Translations under genes and position numbers: made by a program | Notes under the pieces: model-generated | Database searches by the model: none | What the model saw: the letters and a program-made list of their open reading frames with translations, nothing else | What the model was told of the DNA's origin: nothing | DNA from: a virus | DNA length: 64,000 nt | Reading direction: 5' to 3' (one strand) | Virus record (IMG/VR): IMGVR_UViG_3300036780_000171 | Span: 1 to 64,000 of that record | In this document: piece after piece, positions 46,042 to 55,618 of the stretch | How the letters are laid out: each line of letters starts with the position of its first letter | Numbering within the stretch: position 1 is the stretch's first letter

Positions 46042-46821
46042 ATGGCAAATTCCCGTATCGTAAGTACCAACTTTTGGCGCGATACATATATAACAAATCT
46101 CGACCCGACAGAAAAACTGCTATTTTTATATTTTTTGACAAACCCGCAAACAAATCTAGCTGGCATTTATGAAATCGACTTGCGCCTCGTGGCATTTGAT
46201 ACCGGCATAGATGAGAGCATGGTCAAAAAAATACTAGAGCGTTTTTGCGATGACAGAAAGATATATTATGAAAATGGTTGGCTAATTCTTTGCAATTTTA
46301 TTAAATATCAAAAACTTAACGCGAATATGAAAAAGGGCGTTAGAAATATTATTGACTCGCTACCTGATTGGCTGCAAAAGAAAATTACACTCACTAATAA
46401 CAGGGGTATTATGCAACTAAAATTAAAACCCTTACCGAATGGTTCCAAACCCTTACCGAATGGTTCCGATAATATAATTAAATTAAATATAAATAAAATT
46501 AAATCTAATAAAAATAGAAAGTCGGTGGAAAAACCACCGGATATTATTGGTTCACTATTCTACCAAGCTATAAAAGCTTTGGGACTACCGGTTACAAACC
46601 ACAATACTATTAAAGCGAAAATTGAGGCATTAAAGCGTGAAATACCCGAAATCAAAGCAATCAGCTACCTTGAATTCATTCGTGATAAGTACTTATCACT
46701 TGAGATTGATTTTAAACCGCAAATTAATACTGCCCTCGATATTTATACGAAACGTGTACAAATTGAGAATGCAATTCGACAAGCCAGTAAAGAACAAAGT
46801 AATCAAGGGGTACGTTTATGA
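46042..46821 (+). CDS. Phage replication initiator (replisome-organizer-like)
   Basis: R.VST.FW.D...EKLLFLYFLTNPQTNLAGIYEI...NFIKYQ. Confidence 0.75.
   Translation: MANSRIVSTNFWRDTYITNLDPTEKLLFLYFLTNPQTNLAGIYEIDLRLVAFDTGIDESMVKKILERFCDDRKIYYENGWLILCNFIKYQKLNANMKKGVRNIIDSLPDWLQKKITLTNNRGIMQLKLKPLPNGSKPLPNGSDNIIKLNINKIKSNKNRKSVEKPPDIIGSLFYQAIKALGLPVTNHNTIKAKIEALKREIPEIKAISYLEFIRDKYLSLEIDFKPQINTALDIYTKRVQIENAIRQASKEQSNQGVRL
46426..46520 (+). repeat. Tandem 21-bp repeats plus AT-rich tract, candidate origin
   Basis: AAACCCTTACCGAATGGTTCC x2 (46426-67) followed by a near-pure AT stretch inside the initiator gene. Confidence 0.55.
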
Positions 46822-47225
46822 GTTATCGCGTAACATTTAGAGACAGAACTACAGCCTTGCTCGAAAATAGCAAAGGCGAACAGCTAAAGAAATACCTACT
46901 TTCCAATAGACCGCCAGTAAACATTGAGATTAATGGCGAGCTATACAGAGCCAGTGAAATTATTAGCGTTAAGAAAGCGGTAGCCACTGAAGATAATATT
47001 CCAGTAGCCGATTGGAATACTTTACGACTACCGACTGGCAAAAAATGTCACGGCCAATATTCTGTCCAGAATGAAATAAACAAAATTGCAAAAAATACAT
47101 ATGGTAAGGTCCATTGGTCTAAACTTATTCATGATAAAAAGTGGCGCGAAAGTATATATCAGGAGTTACTAAAAACCCCAGATAAATGGTGTGACTATAA
47201 AAAAGGTACATGTTATTGTGAATAA
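46818..47225 (+). CDS. Hypothetical protein coupled to the initiator
   Basis: ATGA overlap. Confidence 0.55.
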   Translation: MSYRVTFRDRTTALLENSKGEQLKKYLLSNRPPVNIEINGELYRASEIISVKKAVATEDNIPVADWNTLRLPTGKKCHGQYSVQNEINKIAKNTYGKVHWSKLIHDKKWRESIYQELLKTPDKWCDYKKGTCYCE

Positions 47226-47358
47226 CAATAGTTGGAAAAACTTTAGCTTACCAGATAGAGATAATATCCGTAAGGCATATAAATCTGTGTGGCCTTTAGT
47301 TATATCAGGTCAATCGGTTGACCCATATTCAATTTGGCCACATGACTGAACCAGCTAT

Positions 47359-47688
47359 ATGTCACCTATCGAAAAAAATGTTTGGGAAGATATCCGTTAT
47401 TACGGGCTTCCATTTTATCCACAGATACCATGTGGCAGGTATTTTATAGATTTTGCCGACCCTTATAGACAAATCGCTATAGAGGTTGACAGCAAAGAAT
47501 ATCATCAGGATAAACAAAAAGACCTGGAAAGAGAAAACTATTTACGTAAAAATGGCTTTATAACTATCTTAAGGTTTAGAGGAAAAGATACATTCGCAAA
47601 CTTAGAAGATTATTCTGGCAATAAAAAAGAAATCGCTGAATATACTATCGCTATGCTATGGGCTGACCATTACAAGCAATCGCGCTAG
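47359..47688 (+). CDS. DUF559/Vsr-like endonuclease
   Basis: SPIE, YFIDFA, IEVD..YH, D.ER...L...G..ILRF. Confidence 0.78.
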   Translation: MSPIEKNVWEDIRYYGLPFYPQIPCGRYFIDFADPYRQIAIEVDSKEYHQDKQKDLERENYLRKNGFITILRFRGKDTFANLEDYSGNKKEIAEYTIAMLWADHYKQSR

Positions 47689-47730
47689 TGTGGATAAACA
47701 CTTGATTTTTGCATTGCGGTTGTGTATATT
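47689..47730 (+). promoter_or_regulatory. Promoter with upstream DnaA box
   Basis: TGTGGATAA-ACAC-TTGATT-17-TATATT; ATG at 47738. Confidence 0.65.
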
Positions 47731-47980
47731 AATGGTTATGGATTTTGACAAAGATAAGGAACTTATCACAATGGGTGTTGACTTAGGGGTTTATACCATT
47801 GCCCGATTTTTTAGCGAAGGCGCAAAACCAAATAAAAAAGCATTTGAGATACTGGCAACACATTGCGCTAATAATTTGCAAAAAAACCGGCATGCCTGTC
47901 GAAGATTTAGCGCTGCATTGTCAGCCAGTCCTTGACGACATGCTTGCAAAGTTAAAGCCAACTAACCAAAAGGAGAATTA

Positions 47981-48196
47981 ATGGCAGGAACAAGAGCCGG
48001 TGGCAAAGCTGCGGCAGCTACCAACAAGGCTAAATATGGCGCAGGCTTCTACGCGAAGATTGGTGCTTTGGGCGGAAAGAAAGGAACAACCGGCGGCTTT
48101 TATGCAAACCGTGAGCTGGCAAGGATAGCTGGCGCAAAGGGTGGCACTATTAGCCGACGAACAAAAACTTTAAGCACGACAGGTGCAAGGGCATAA
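47981..48196 (+). CDS. KGG-repeat general stress protein
   Basis: MAGT.AGG.AAA.TNK.KYG..FY.KIG..GG...AGAKGG. Confidence 0.8.
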   Translation: MAGTRAGGKAAAATNKAKYGAGFYAKIGALGGKKGTTGGFYANRELARIAGAKGGTISRRTKTLSTTGARA

Positions 48197-48433
48197 AATG
48201 ACAACTTTAGTAGCAAAATTAAAAACTACAACAAAACCAATCAACTTTAATCTTAATTTTAGGCTACCAGCAATCAATAAAAAGTTAGCCACGATTATTT
48301 GCACAATATTTCTCGCGGTTATTCTGCAAAATCCGTTGGGAATAATATTAACCGATATGACTAATGAAATGATAATGCTGGCCTGGAATTGCTCAACAGT
48401 GATAGATAACTTACTGTTTGGCGGAGGTTACCA

Positions 48434-48769
48434 ATGAAAGATTTACCAATTCAACGCTTGAGCGAGAAAGAGATAGAATCAGATTTCTTGCTTTTGGAAT
48501 CAGACCCAAAGTATAGAAAATTAAGGAAGCGTATGGGAAAACCAAATTTGAAATCGTTTATTAAACCAAAGTCGAAAAGGGCTGCCAAGAAGCATCGTAC
48601 CGAAAGCGGCTACTGGCGTATTATCAGACCTGTACTTGGCTATCCGCTAGTCATCTATATCGTGTTTAGGTTTTTGGTAACAAAATTTTACAAATTTGTC
48701 GGTCAGCCAGCTTTGCTCAAACTTGAAGCAGTCGGCAACATACTATACGATACAGCTATCACCAAGTGA
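48434..48769 (+). CDS. Hypothetical membrane protein
   Basis: GGAGG RBS; one hydrophobic segment. Confidence 0.45.
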   Translation: MKDLPIQRLSEKEIESDFLLLESDPKYRKLRKRMGKPNLKSFIKPKSKRAAKKHRTESGYWRIIRPVLGYPLVIYIVFRFLVTKFYKFVGQPALLKLEAVGNILYDTAITK

Positions 48770-49177
48770 AAGAAATTGCGTATTTTACGTAAATAGCCCA
48801 GCATGGTAACCAGAGTAGAACCACCAATCGAAATCCCGCCAAGTAAATTTAGCGTTACTGTGCTGGGTGGTAAAATGATTTTACACGAGTGGTTATATAT
48901 CAACCCGAACTTAACAGTTGGCGAAGCACAGAATATTTTTCGCAAGGTTAGTCATGGATACGTATAGAGTTCGAATTATTAAACGGAACAATGGCAGTCG
49001 TCCATGGCGCTATGAATGGCATATATGGGTAAATGAAACTGCTCATCAAGAAACAAGTTATGCAATGACTAAGTTTGGTGCAAAACTGGCCGCCCACCAT
49101 GCGGCAAAGCAATTTCTAAGTCGTCAGAAACGCAGCACAAACCCTGTCATTGTTGATGACTACGAAAGAAAAGTGTA

Positions 49178-49537
49178 ATGATTAATATAGAAAAGTACGT
49201 TACCAATAAGCTGTCAGGTTTACAAGTCCGCTCGCTTGGCAATCATGATATCAAGGAAATTAACGACAAGGATGAAAAGATGCTCAATGCCTATATTAGA
49301 GAAATGACCATGGCATTGACTACCAACCAGCAAAAGGTTTCCAAAGTCGCCACCATGCATGCATTCGAGGGAACCAGCCAATACTTACATGGCTACTATC
49401 AAGCTGTGCTGGCTGGCATTGCCGAAGCGCTTGATAAGGAGTTACCCGATGCCGCCATAATAGTACGTAACATAGCTGAAAAAGCCAAATTTGAGATGTT
49501 TGAAGAATTCGTCAAGAACACGAAAAAAACTAGTTGA
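49178..49537 (+). CDS. Hypothetical protein
   Basis: Coupled ORF. Confidence 0.5.
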   Translation: MINIEKYVTNKLSGLQVRSLGNHDIKEINDKDEKMLNAYIREMTMALTTNQQKVSKVATMHAFEGTSQYLHGYYQAVLAGIAEALDKELPDAAIIVRNIAEKAKFEMFEEFVKNTKKTS

Positions 49538-49571
49538 AATATTATCATAGTGGTGTATAATATAGCGATAT

Positions 49572-49895
49572 ATGGGAAAACTATACTGTATCATATGTGA
49601 CCGCGAAGATACCGACGAGTCGCCAAAGCTGCTAACTTGCCAAGATTGTTACAATGGCTTCGGACCTAATGGCATTTATTATACCGAGGAAGAAAAACAA
49701 CTCCATGCCAAACGTTGGCAAGCCGTTATAGAAATTATCCAAGAGCAGTCATACCAAGGAACACAAAATGGCATTGAAGACGGCTTACAGACTGCCATTG
49801 ACGTAGTAAGTTTTCGCGGCATGAAAAAAGGCCTTGAAGATTTAAAGCAACGCTTGGAAATGGTCAAGGTGGAAAAAGATGCTGATAGCGCTTAG
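49572..49895 (+). CDS. Hypothetical Zn-finger protein
   Basis: CIIC...CQDC; TTGAAA-17-TATAAT promoter. Confidence 0.5.
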   Translation: MGKLYCIICDREDTDESPKLLTCQDCYNGFGPNGIYYTEEEKQLHAKRWQAVIEIIQEQSYQGTQNGIEDGLQTAIDVVSFRGMKKGLEDLKQRLEMVKVEKDADSA

Positions 49896-50290
49896 TATTT
49901 TGGTTTTAATAATTTTAATAGCTGCCACCAATAGCAGGTTAAATAATCTTGAGGAAAGTCTGCGTTACCACACCAGCTGTCAAGGCGATAGCTGTATATG
50001 TAAGCAGAAAGAAGGTTATGAATAAACTCGTAAAACCAGTCATTCGCCAGAAGCGCGTTGACTTCGCCGTAAAAGCCTTTAAAAAGCTGGTGCAATATCG
50101 TACAATACTAAGGAACCATAGCAAGATAGCTAATAGTCCTTTACCAAAACACAAGGATAAAAAGCACCAACAGCTAGTAGCCGATTGGCTGGTGAACGTA
50201 CAGAACGCGCAAAATGAGCTTGCCAAAGTCGAAAAGAGACTGAATGCCAATGAGTTCAAAGAATACGAAAAGCTATGCAGGGGAATATGA

Positions 50291-51001
50291 ATGAGTTCAG
50301 AAGAAAGACAGAGACATAATGCTCGCAGTAGAGTATGGAAGAAAGCTAACCCTGAAAAGGTTAGGGCTTCTAGTAAGAGATACCGGGAAGCAAATCGTGA
50401 GAAAGTTAATGCATGGCATAGACTTTATCTAGAAAAGAATAGAGAAAAAATTAATGCTCGTCGAAGAATTTGGCATAAGGCTAATCCAGAGAAAGTAAAA
50501 GCCTATAAAAAAGCTACTTACGAAAAACATGGAGAGGCATATAGAGCTTATGGTAGAGAATACCATAAAACTAACCGTGAACGTTTGCGTATCTATGAAA
50601 ATCAATACAGGGCTGCTAATTTAGAAAAAGTTCGACTTGAAGAAAGAACAGCTCAAAAAAACAGAAAAGCTAATGATATACAGTTTAAACTAAGTGCAGT
50701 GCTTAGAACCCGTCTAGCAGTGGCAGTTAGACAGAACAGAAAAGTTGGTTCAGCTATTAGTGACTTGGGGTGTAGTATCTTTGAACTAAAAATTTATTTA
50801 GAAAAACAGTTCAAAGATGGCATGACTTGGGATAACTATGGCTTATGGCATATTGACCACAGAAAGCCTTTGGCAAAATTTGACCTTACAAATAGGCAGC
50901 AACTATTAGAAGCTGTGCATTATACTAATTTACAGCCACTATGGGCATATGATAACCAGCATAAAGGGGCTAAGGTCTATGAGCAATACACCATTCGGTA
51001 G
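50291..51001 (+). CDS. HNH endonuclease with helical basic repeats
   Basis: LGCS..ELK..LE.QF..GMTWDNYG.WHIDH..P...HYTNLQPLW. Confidence 0.85.
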   Translation: MSSEERQRHNARSRVWKKANPEKVRASSKRYREANREKVNAWHRLYLEKNREKINARRRIWHKANPEKVKAYKKATYEKHGEAYRAYGREYHKTNRERLRIYENQYRAANLEKVRLEERTAQKNRKANDIQFKLSAVLRTRLAVAVRQNRKVGSAISDLGCSIFELKIYLEKQFKDGMTWDNYGLWHIDHRKPLAKFDLTNRQQLLEAVHYTNLQPLWAYDNQHKGAKVYEQYTIR

Positions 51002-51254
51002 GATCCAGGGTGTGCAGACTATGCGACGTAAATATGGGTCAGATATTTATACTAAGATTGGCGCAAGAGGCGGCAGAAATAGTTCAAGCCGACCCATGAA
51101 AGATGCTACTTATGCTAGTCTGGTTGCCAAAATTGGCTGGGTAAAGCGTAAATATAAAGCCGGTGATTTGACTGATAAACAATACGAGGAACAGCTTGGC
51201 TTGGCACAGCGAAAACTTGCCCGTTATCTCAAGAAAAACATAAAAAATGCATAA
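50979..51254 (+). CDS. Second KGG-like protein
   Basis: KYGSDIYTKIGARGG. Confidence 0.55.
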   Translation: MSNTPFGRIQGVQTMRRKYGSDIYTKIGARGGRNSSSRPMKDATYASLVAKIGWVKRKYKAGDLTDKQYEEQLGLAQRKLARYLKKNIKNA

Positions 51255-51257
51255 AAC

Positions 51258-51299
51258 TGTGGATAATCTCTTGAATTAGTTATCAAGGTGGTGTATTAT
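51258..51299 (+). promoter_or_regulatory. Promoter with upstream DnaA box
   Basis: TGTGGATAA-TCTC-TTGAAT-17-TATTAT; near copy of the 83-124 cassette. Confidence 0.7.
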
Positions 51300-51342
51300 T
51301 AAAGTACATTAATAAATTATTTCATAGAAAGGCGAAAAAACT

Positions 51343-51552
51343 ATGGAAAAATATAAGATACATGGGGAAACAATATTTATTAAAAGCAATGGTATCATTG
51401 GACATTATATGGTAAACGGTAATGAAGTCGACAAGGTGATGACCCACAGTAATGGTGATGATTACTTGAGCAAATTTCATACGTTAGGTGAACTTCCACT
51501 AAATACAGAAGCCAAACTTCTAAATAAACTTCGAAAAGAAGGTAAGATTTAA
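51343..51552 (+). CDS. Hypothetical early protein
   Basis: GAAAGGCGAAAAA leader. Confidence 0.55.
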   Translation: MEKYKIHGETIFIKSNGIIGHYMVNGNEVDKVMTHSNGDDYLSKFHTLGELPLNTEAKLLNKLRKEGKI

Positions 51553-51591
51553 TTCTTGATTTTAATATCACGCTGGTGTATAATAAAATAT

Positions 51592-52287
51592 ATGAGTACA
51601 GCAACCCAAGACGCATTACTAAAACAACTAAAAAACCCTTTTGACCCAAAATTCGTTAAATGGCGTATAGGGTCAACCACCCAAGATAAAACTAAGGGTC
51701 AGGCCGTAGCATATATTGATGCCCGTGAAGTCAGAAAGCGGTTTGACGAAGTATGTCGTATTGGCGGTTGGCAAGATAGACTTATTCCTTGCACCGATGG
51801 CTTTATATGTGAAATATCAGTACTGATTGATGATAAGTGGACTACTAAGACAAATGCTGCGGGCTACACAAAGGTCGAAGCTGTAAAGGGTGGTGCTTCC
51901 GACGCTTTCAAGCGAGCGGCTACAATGTTTGGCGTGGGCGTTTATCTCTATTATCTACCGAAAATTTGGTTGCCCATTAAGCAAGCCGGTAAATCGTATG
52001 TGCTTGCGGAAATACCAGAACTACCCGATTGGGCGCTACCTGGCAAAGTCGAAAATTGGGAAGATATTGCCGAAATGGAAACCGATTTGAGTTCCGGCGA
52101 AGATGATATTGACGTTGATACTATCGTGTCAGTAGTCGACACGCTGCGGGCAGCGCAAACCAAAACAGAACTGGCAGAGCTTATCAAAAACCTATCGCCA
52201 GATGATAGGCTTATTTATGCTAACCAAATAGAAGTTAAGCGCAAGGAGTTAGAACACAATGCAAAGATTAACTCCGATAACAATTAA
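51592..52287 (+). CDS. Rad52/22-like (Sak) ssDNA annealing protein
   Basis: PF...VKWR...AYIDAR...KGGASDAFKRAA..FGVG.YLY. Confidence 0.88.
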   Translation: MSTATQDALLKQLKNPFDPKFVKWRIGSTTQDKTKGQAVAYIDAREVRKRFDEVCRIGGWQDRLIPCTDGFICEISVLIDDKWTTKTNAAGYTKVEAVKGGASDAFKRAATMFGVGVYLYYLPKIWLPIKQAGKSYVLAEIPELPDWALPGKVENWEDIAEMETDLSSGEDDIDVDTIVSVVDTLRAAQTKTELAELIKNLSPDDRLIYANQIEVKRKELEHNAKINSDNN

Positions 52288-53098
52288 TGCTCCCCAACGT
52301 AGTCCTGAATGGTATGCGGCTCGTCTAGGTTGTGTCACTGCTTCCGAAGTTTTCAAAGTAATGGCTTACTATTCCGTTACCGATGCCATGATAAAACAAG
52401 CCACTGAAATTTATGTAGAGCATGGCATTGACGAAGAGTATATCTTAGAAGTTAGCGAGAAGTGGCCATGGAAATTTGTGACAGATGTTGGCATTGAGTT
52501 GCAGGAAACGAGCGCCCGGCTGACCTACCGACAAGACCTAGTAGCCGAACGCATTACCAAAATGCGGGGTGATGACGATAGATATATTACGCAAGATATG
52601 AAACGGGGCATCATTAATGAAATTGCTGCCAAGTCAATTTATGCCGACCAAACCGGCAACATTATAAAAGACGCACTATTTATGACGCATCCGCATCTCA
52701 TGCTTGGCGCTTCGCCTGATGGCCTGGTAATTGATACAGTTACGGGCGAACTTGGCAATGCCGAAATAAAGTGTTTAAAGTCACGAAACCACTTGTATAA
52801 AGTCATTGATATGGACGAGGTGCCAGCAGATTATATTGACCAAATCCAGTTACAAATGTTTATTGATGGCCGCGATTGGTGCGACTTTATCGCCTACGAT
52901 AAGCGAGTCCTAGAAGATTTGCAGCTATTTATTAAACGAGTATCTTATGACAAGTTCTATGTTGAGCATGTAATGCTACCCGCAATTCTAAAATTCCTTG
53001 ATGAGTGCGACCGTGATGAACGCCGTTTCTATGCTATTGCGAAAGCAAAGCGAGAAAAACTACAAGCTGAAATTGCAGCTAGATTGGTAACGGCATGA
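52259..53098 (+). CDS. YqaJ/lambda-type exonuclease
   Basis: QRSPEW..ARLG.VTAS, GASPDG, EIKC, QIQ.QM, WCDF. Confidence 0.9.
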   Translation: MQRLTPITINAPQRSPEWYAARLGCVTASEVFKVMAYYSVTDAMIKQATEIYVEHGIDEEYILEVSEKWPWKFVTDVGIELQETSARLTYRQDLVAERITKMRGDDDRYITQDMKRGIINEIAAKSIYADQTGNIIKDALFMTHPHLMLGASPDGLVIDTVTGELGNAEIKCLKSRNHLYKVIDMDEVPADYIDQIQLQMFIDGRDWCDFIAYDKRVLEDLQLFIKRVSYDKFYVEHVMLPAILKFLDECDRDERRFYAIAKAKREKLQAEIAARLVTA

Positions 53099-53463
53099 GT
53101 GACAAAGAGCTATTTGAAAAGATTGGTGCGCTTGATAAGTTTATAGCTTACTGTGAGAATACTAGCCCTGACGATTGGGCAACTGACGTAGTCCGAACCG
53201 TTGACGGTCGTAATTGCTTGCTCGGCCATTTTATAAATTATATCTATGGCGAAGACTATGAAGGCAATATTATGCCAGCCTGGGATATATTTGAGGAAAT
53301 GTGGGCTACACAGTTTATGTTTTATCCTGTCAATGACGGTCAGAGTAACAAGTATCAGCAACCAACTGCCAAAGAACGAGTTATCGCATATCTAAAAGAC
53401 CTATGGCTTGCCATCGAGAAACCGACGTGGGCATTAATGGACGAATATCATGGCACGAACTAA
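53095..53463 (+). CDS. Hypothetical protein
   Basis: Coupled ORF. Confidence 0.5.
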   Translation: MSDKELFEKIGALDKFIAYCENTSPDDWATDVVRTVDGRNCLLGHFINYIYGEDYEGNIMPAWDIFEEMWATQFMFYPVNDGQSNKYQQPTAKERVIAYLKDLWLAIEKPTWALMDEYHGTN

Positions 53464-53950
53464 ATACTTAAAAAATACTAGGTTACAGCAAACGCTCGAC
53501 AACTATGCCAAAGACTTAAACGAGCTGGTAACAATTAAACCTATTAGCTTTGATATCCCAACAGTAGCAACAATGGTTAGACAAACCCCACAACGTAAAT
53601 GGAATGCAGCTCAGGCGATAGTAAATGCAACCATTGAGAAAAAGCAGTGCGAAAGCCACGTAAAAAGACTTAGAGCCATGAAAATGCTTGAAGCTTCACA
53701 TCATACTAAAAAAGGTAGATTAAGTAATGCTGATGACCGTAAGGCATTTGTAGACGCTGACGAGAAGGTAATAGCGGCAGAGATTGACTTAATAAATGCT
53801 GATGCAACATTAACTGCTGCTCGAATGGGGTATGACTGCTTGACAGATTTATATGAAGCTGGTAAAAAAATAATGAATTGGCTCATTGAAGAAGATAAGG
53901 CTACCCGTGATTATAACCGCTTTGTCGACGAAGGAAAAAGACATGCCTAA
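53450..53950 (+). CDS. UvsY-like recombination mediator (tentative)
   Basis: Helical; KAFVDADE motif; next to recombination genes. Confidence 0.4.
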   Translation: MARTKYLKNTRLQQTLDNYAKDLNELVTIKPISFDIPTVATMVRQTPQRKWNAAQAIVNATIEKKQCESHVKRLRAMKMLEASHHTKKGRLSNADDRKAFVDADEKVIAAEIDLINADATLTAARMGYDCLTDLYEAGKKIMNWLIEEDKATRDYNRFVDEGKRHA

Positions 53951-54410
53951 AGGTATTTATACTAGAACAAAGCAAGCTCGTATGAATATGAGCCAAGTAC
54001 AACGTGGTCGCATACCTTGGAACAAAGGAAAGAAAATTACCAAAACACTTGGTAAAAATAATGGTAACTGGAAAGGAGATAGCGTTGGATATCAAGGTGT
54101 ACATGGTTGGATTCGGCGTACGCTTGGTACACCAGAACTGTGCGAAAATTGTGGCACTAACCGAAAAACAAGATACGAATGGGCTAACCTAAGTGGTGAC
54201 TATAAGCGCGATATATCTGACTGGGCAAGACTATGTGTAGTTTGTCATAGATTAATAGATGGTAATTATACTTGGAATAATAGAAAGTTGTTTGATAGAA
54301 ACTGTCTAAATTGTACTACAGCTTTTCGACCATCTAGTGCTATCCGTAAATTTTGCTCGCAATCTTGTGCTGGTAAATATAGTTGGGCTATTAGAAAGGG
54401 CACAACTTGA
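53943..54410 (+). CDS. HNH endonuclease (NUMOD3-like)
   Basis: PWNKG, NWKGD..GY..VHGW...WANLSG.Y.R...W.RLC..CH. Confidence 0.8.
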   Translation: MPKGIYTRTKQARMNMSQVQRGRIPWNKGKKITKTLGKNNGNWKGDSVGYQGVHGWIRRTLGTPELCENCGTNRKTRYEWANLSGDYKRDISDWARLCVVCHRLIDGNYTWNNRKLFDRNCLNCTTAFRPSSAIRKFCSQSCAGKYSWAIRKGTT

Positions 54411-54957
54411 TTTTATTATCACGGTTGTGTATAATAAGAGCATGAAAAGTAAAACTATGGAAAAAGTCTTATGGTATTTATAGGCTTTATCTATCTACTT
54501 CTCGGTTTTATATTCGGTGCATTTGTCGGCATAATGGCGATGACTGTTTATGGCGATACCATTATCAATGACGAGGTCAAAGAAATTCGCGGACAGCGAA
54601 TAGAAACCGCTAAACTACACTTTGAAACCAAGGTTTTTAAGAAGCTAATAAAAGAAAACCGCATTATAATGCTGCCCAAAGGCTTGACAAAGCGCCAGTT
54701 CTACTTGCTTAGATTAATTGCTCATTCAATATCAAAAATTGATAACGAAATTGCCCAGGTGATAAAAGAGGTCGAGAAATGAGAATCTTTATACTTCGCA
54801 TGATTTGTGATGCAATGGAATGGCTGATGGTTAGATACATGCGATTGGCGGTATGTATCTACTCACCAGTAATACAATATAACGAAAGGAGTAAACTTTA
54901 AACTGGTGCTGTAGAGGCAGATTAATTTTACCATAAAGTAATAAGGAAGAAAATACA

Positions 54958-55560
54958 ATGAGTGTATCTCTTACAAAAGGCGAAAGCGTAACTCTGAGCA
55001 AAGCAGCTTCCGATGCTGGTTCTACCGCACCACTTACCAAAGTGATTGCGGGTGCTGGCTGGGATGGCACAAGCAGTGACCCGATTGACCTCGACCTGAT
55101 GGCCGTGCTAATCGGTGACGACGGCAAGGCTTTGCCCGACGCTAATAATAATGGTAGTAATGCCGATGAAGCCCTGTTGTTTTTTAACAACAAGACTCTG
55201 CCAGGTTTGGCTCACAGTGGTGACAACCTGACCGGCGAGGGCGAAGGTGATGACGAGCAAATCGTTATTACACTTGCCGATGTTGCTGCCACCGTCAAAG
55301 AAATCGCTATTGTGGTCGCAAGCTACAGCGGTGAAAGCTTTGACAAGGTTGCAAACGCAAGTGTCCGTCTCGTGAACGAAGCCGACCAGAAAGAACTCGC
55401 CAAGTACGAGCTGACTTCTGGCGCGGAGTTTGCAGGCAAGCACGGTGTTGAGCTTGGTCGCCTGACTCGCAATGGTTCTGAATGGGAATTCAAAGCCACT
55501 GGTGCAGTCGTTGAAGGTGCTGATTTCGACGCAGTTGTCAAGACTCTTGGCATTAGCTAG
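54958..55560 (+). CDS. terD: TerD family stress protein
   Basis: SLTKG, GAGWD, DLD, HSGDNLTGEGEGDDE, WEFKA. Confidence 0.9.
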   Translation: MSVSLTKGESVTLSKAASDAGSTAPLTKVIAGAGWDGTSSDPIDLDLMAVLIGDDGKALPDANNNGSNADEALLFFNNKTLPGLAHSGDNLTGEGEGDDEQIVITLADVAATVKEIAIVVASYSGESFDKVANASVRLVNEADQKELAKYELTSGAEFAGKHGVELGRLTRNGSEWEFKATGAVVEGADFDAVVKTLGIS

Positions 55561-55618
55561 AGCCAATCGGGGAGTTTCGACTCCCCACCAATTTCATAAA
55601 CATAATGAGGTAAAACAT

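Noticed and set aside
54864-54920. yybP-ykoY Mn riboswitch upstream of terD
   Set aside because: AATACA and AAGGAGTA fragments occur, but not in the expected order or architecture.
55569-55590. GGGGAG-TTTCGA-CTCCCC-ACCA resembling a tRNA/tmRNA 3' end or att site
   Set aside because: It is a simple intercistronic hairpin with no upstream tRNA body and no integrase in the window.
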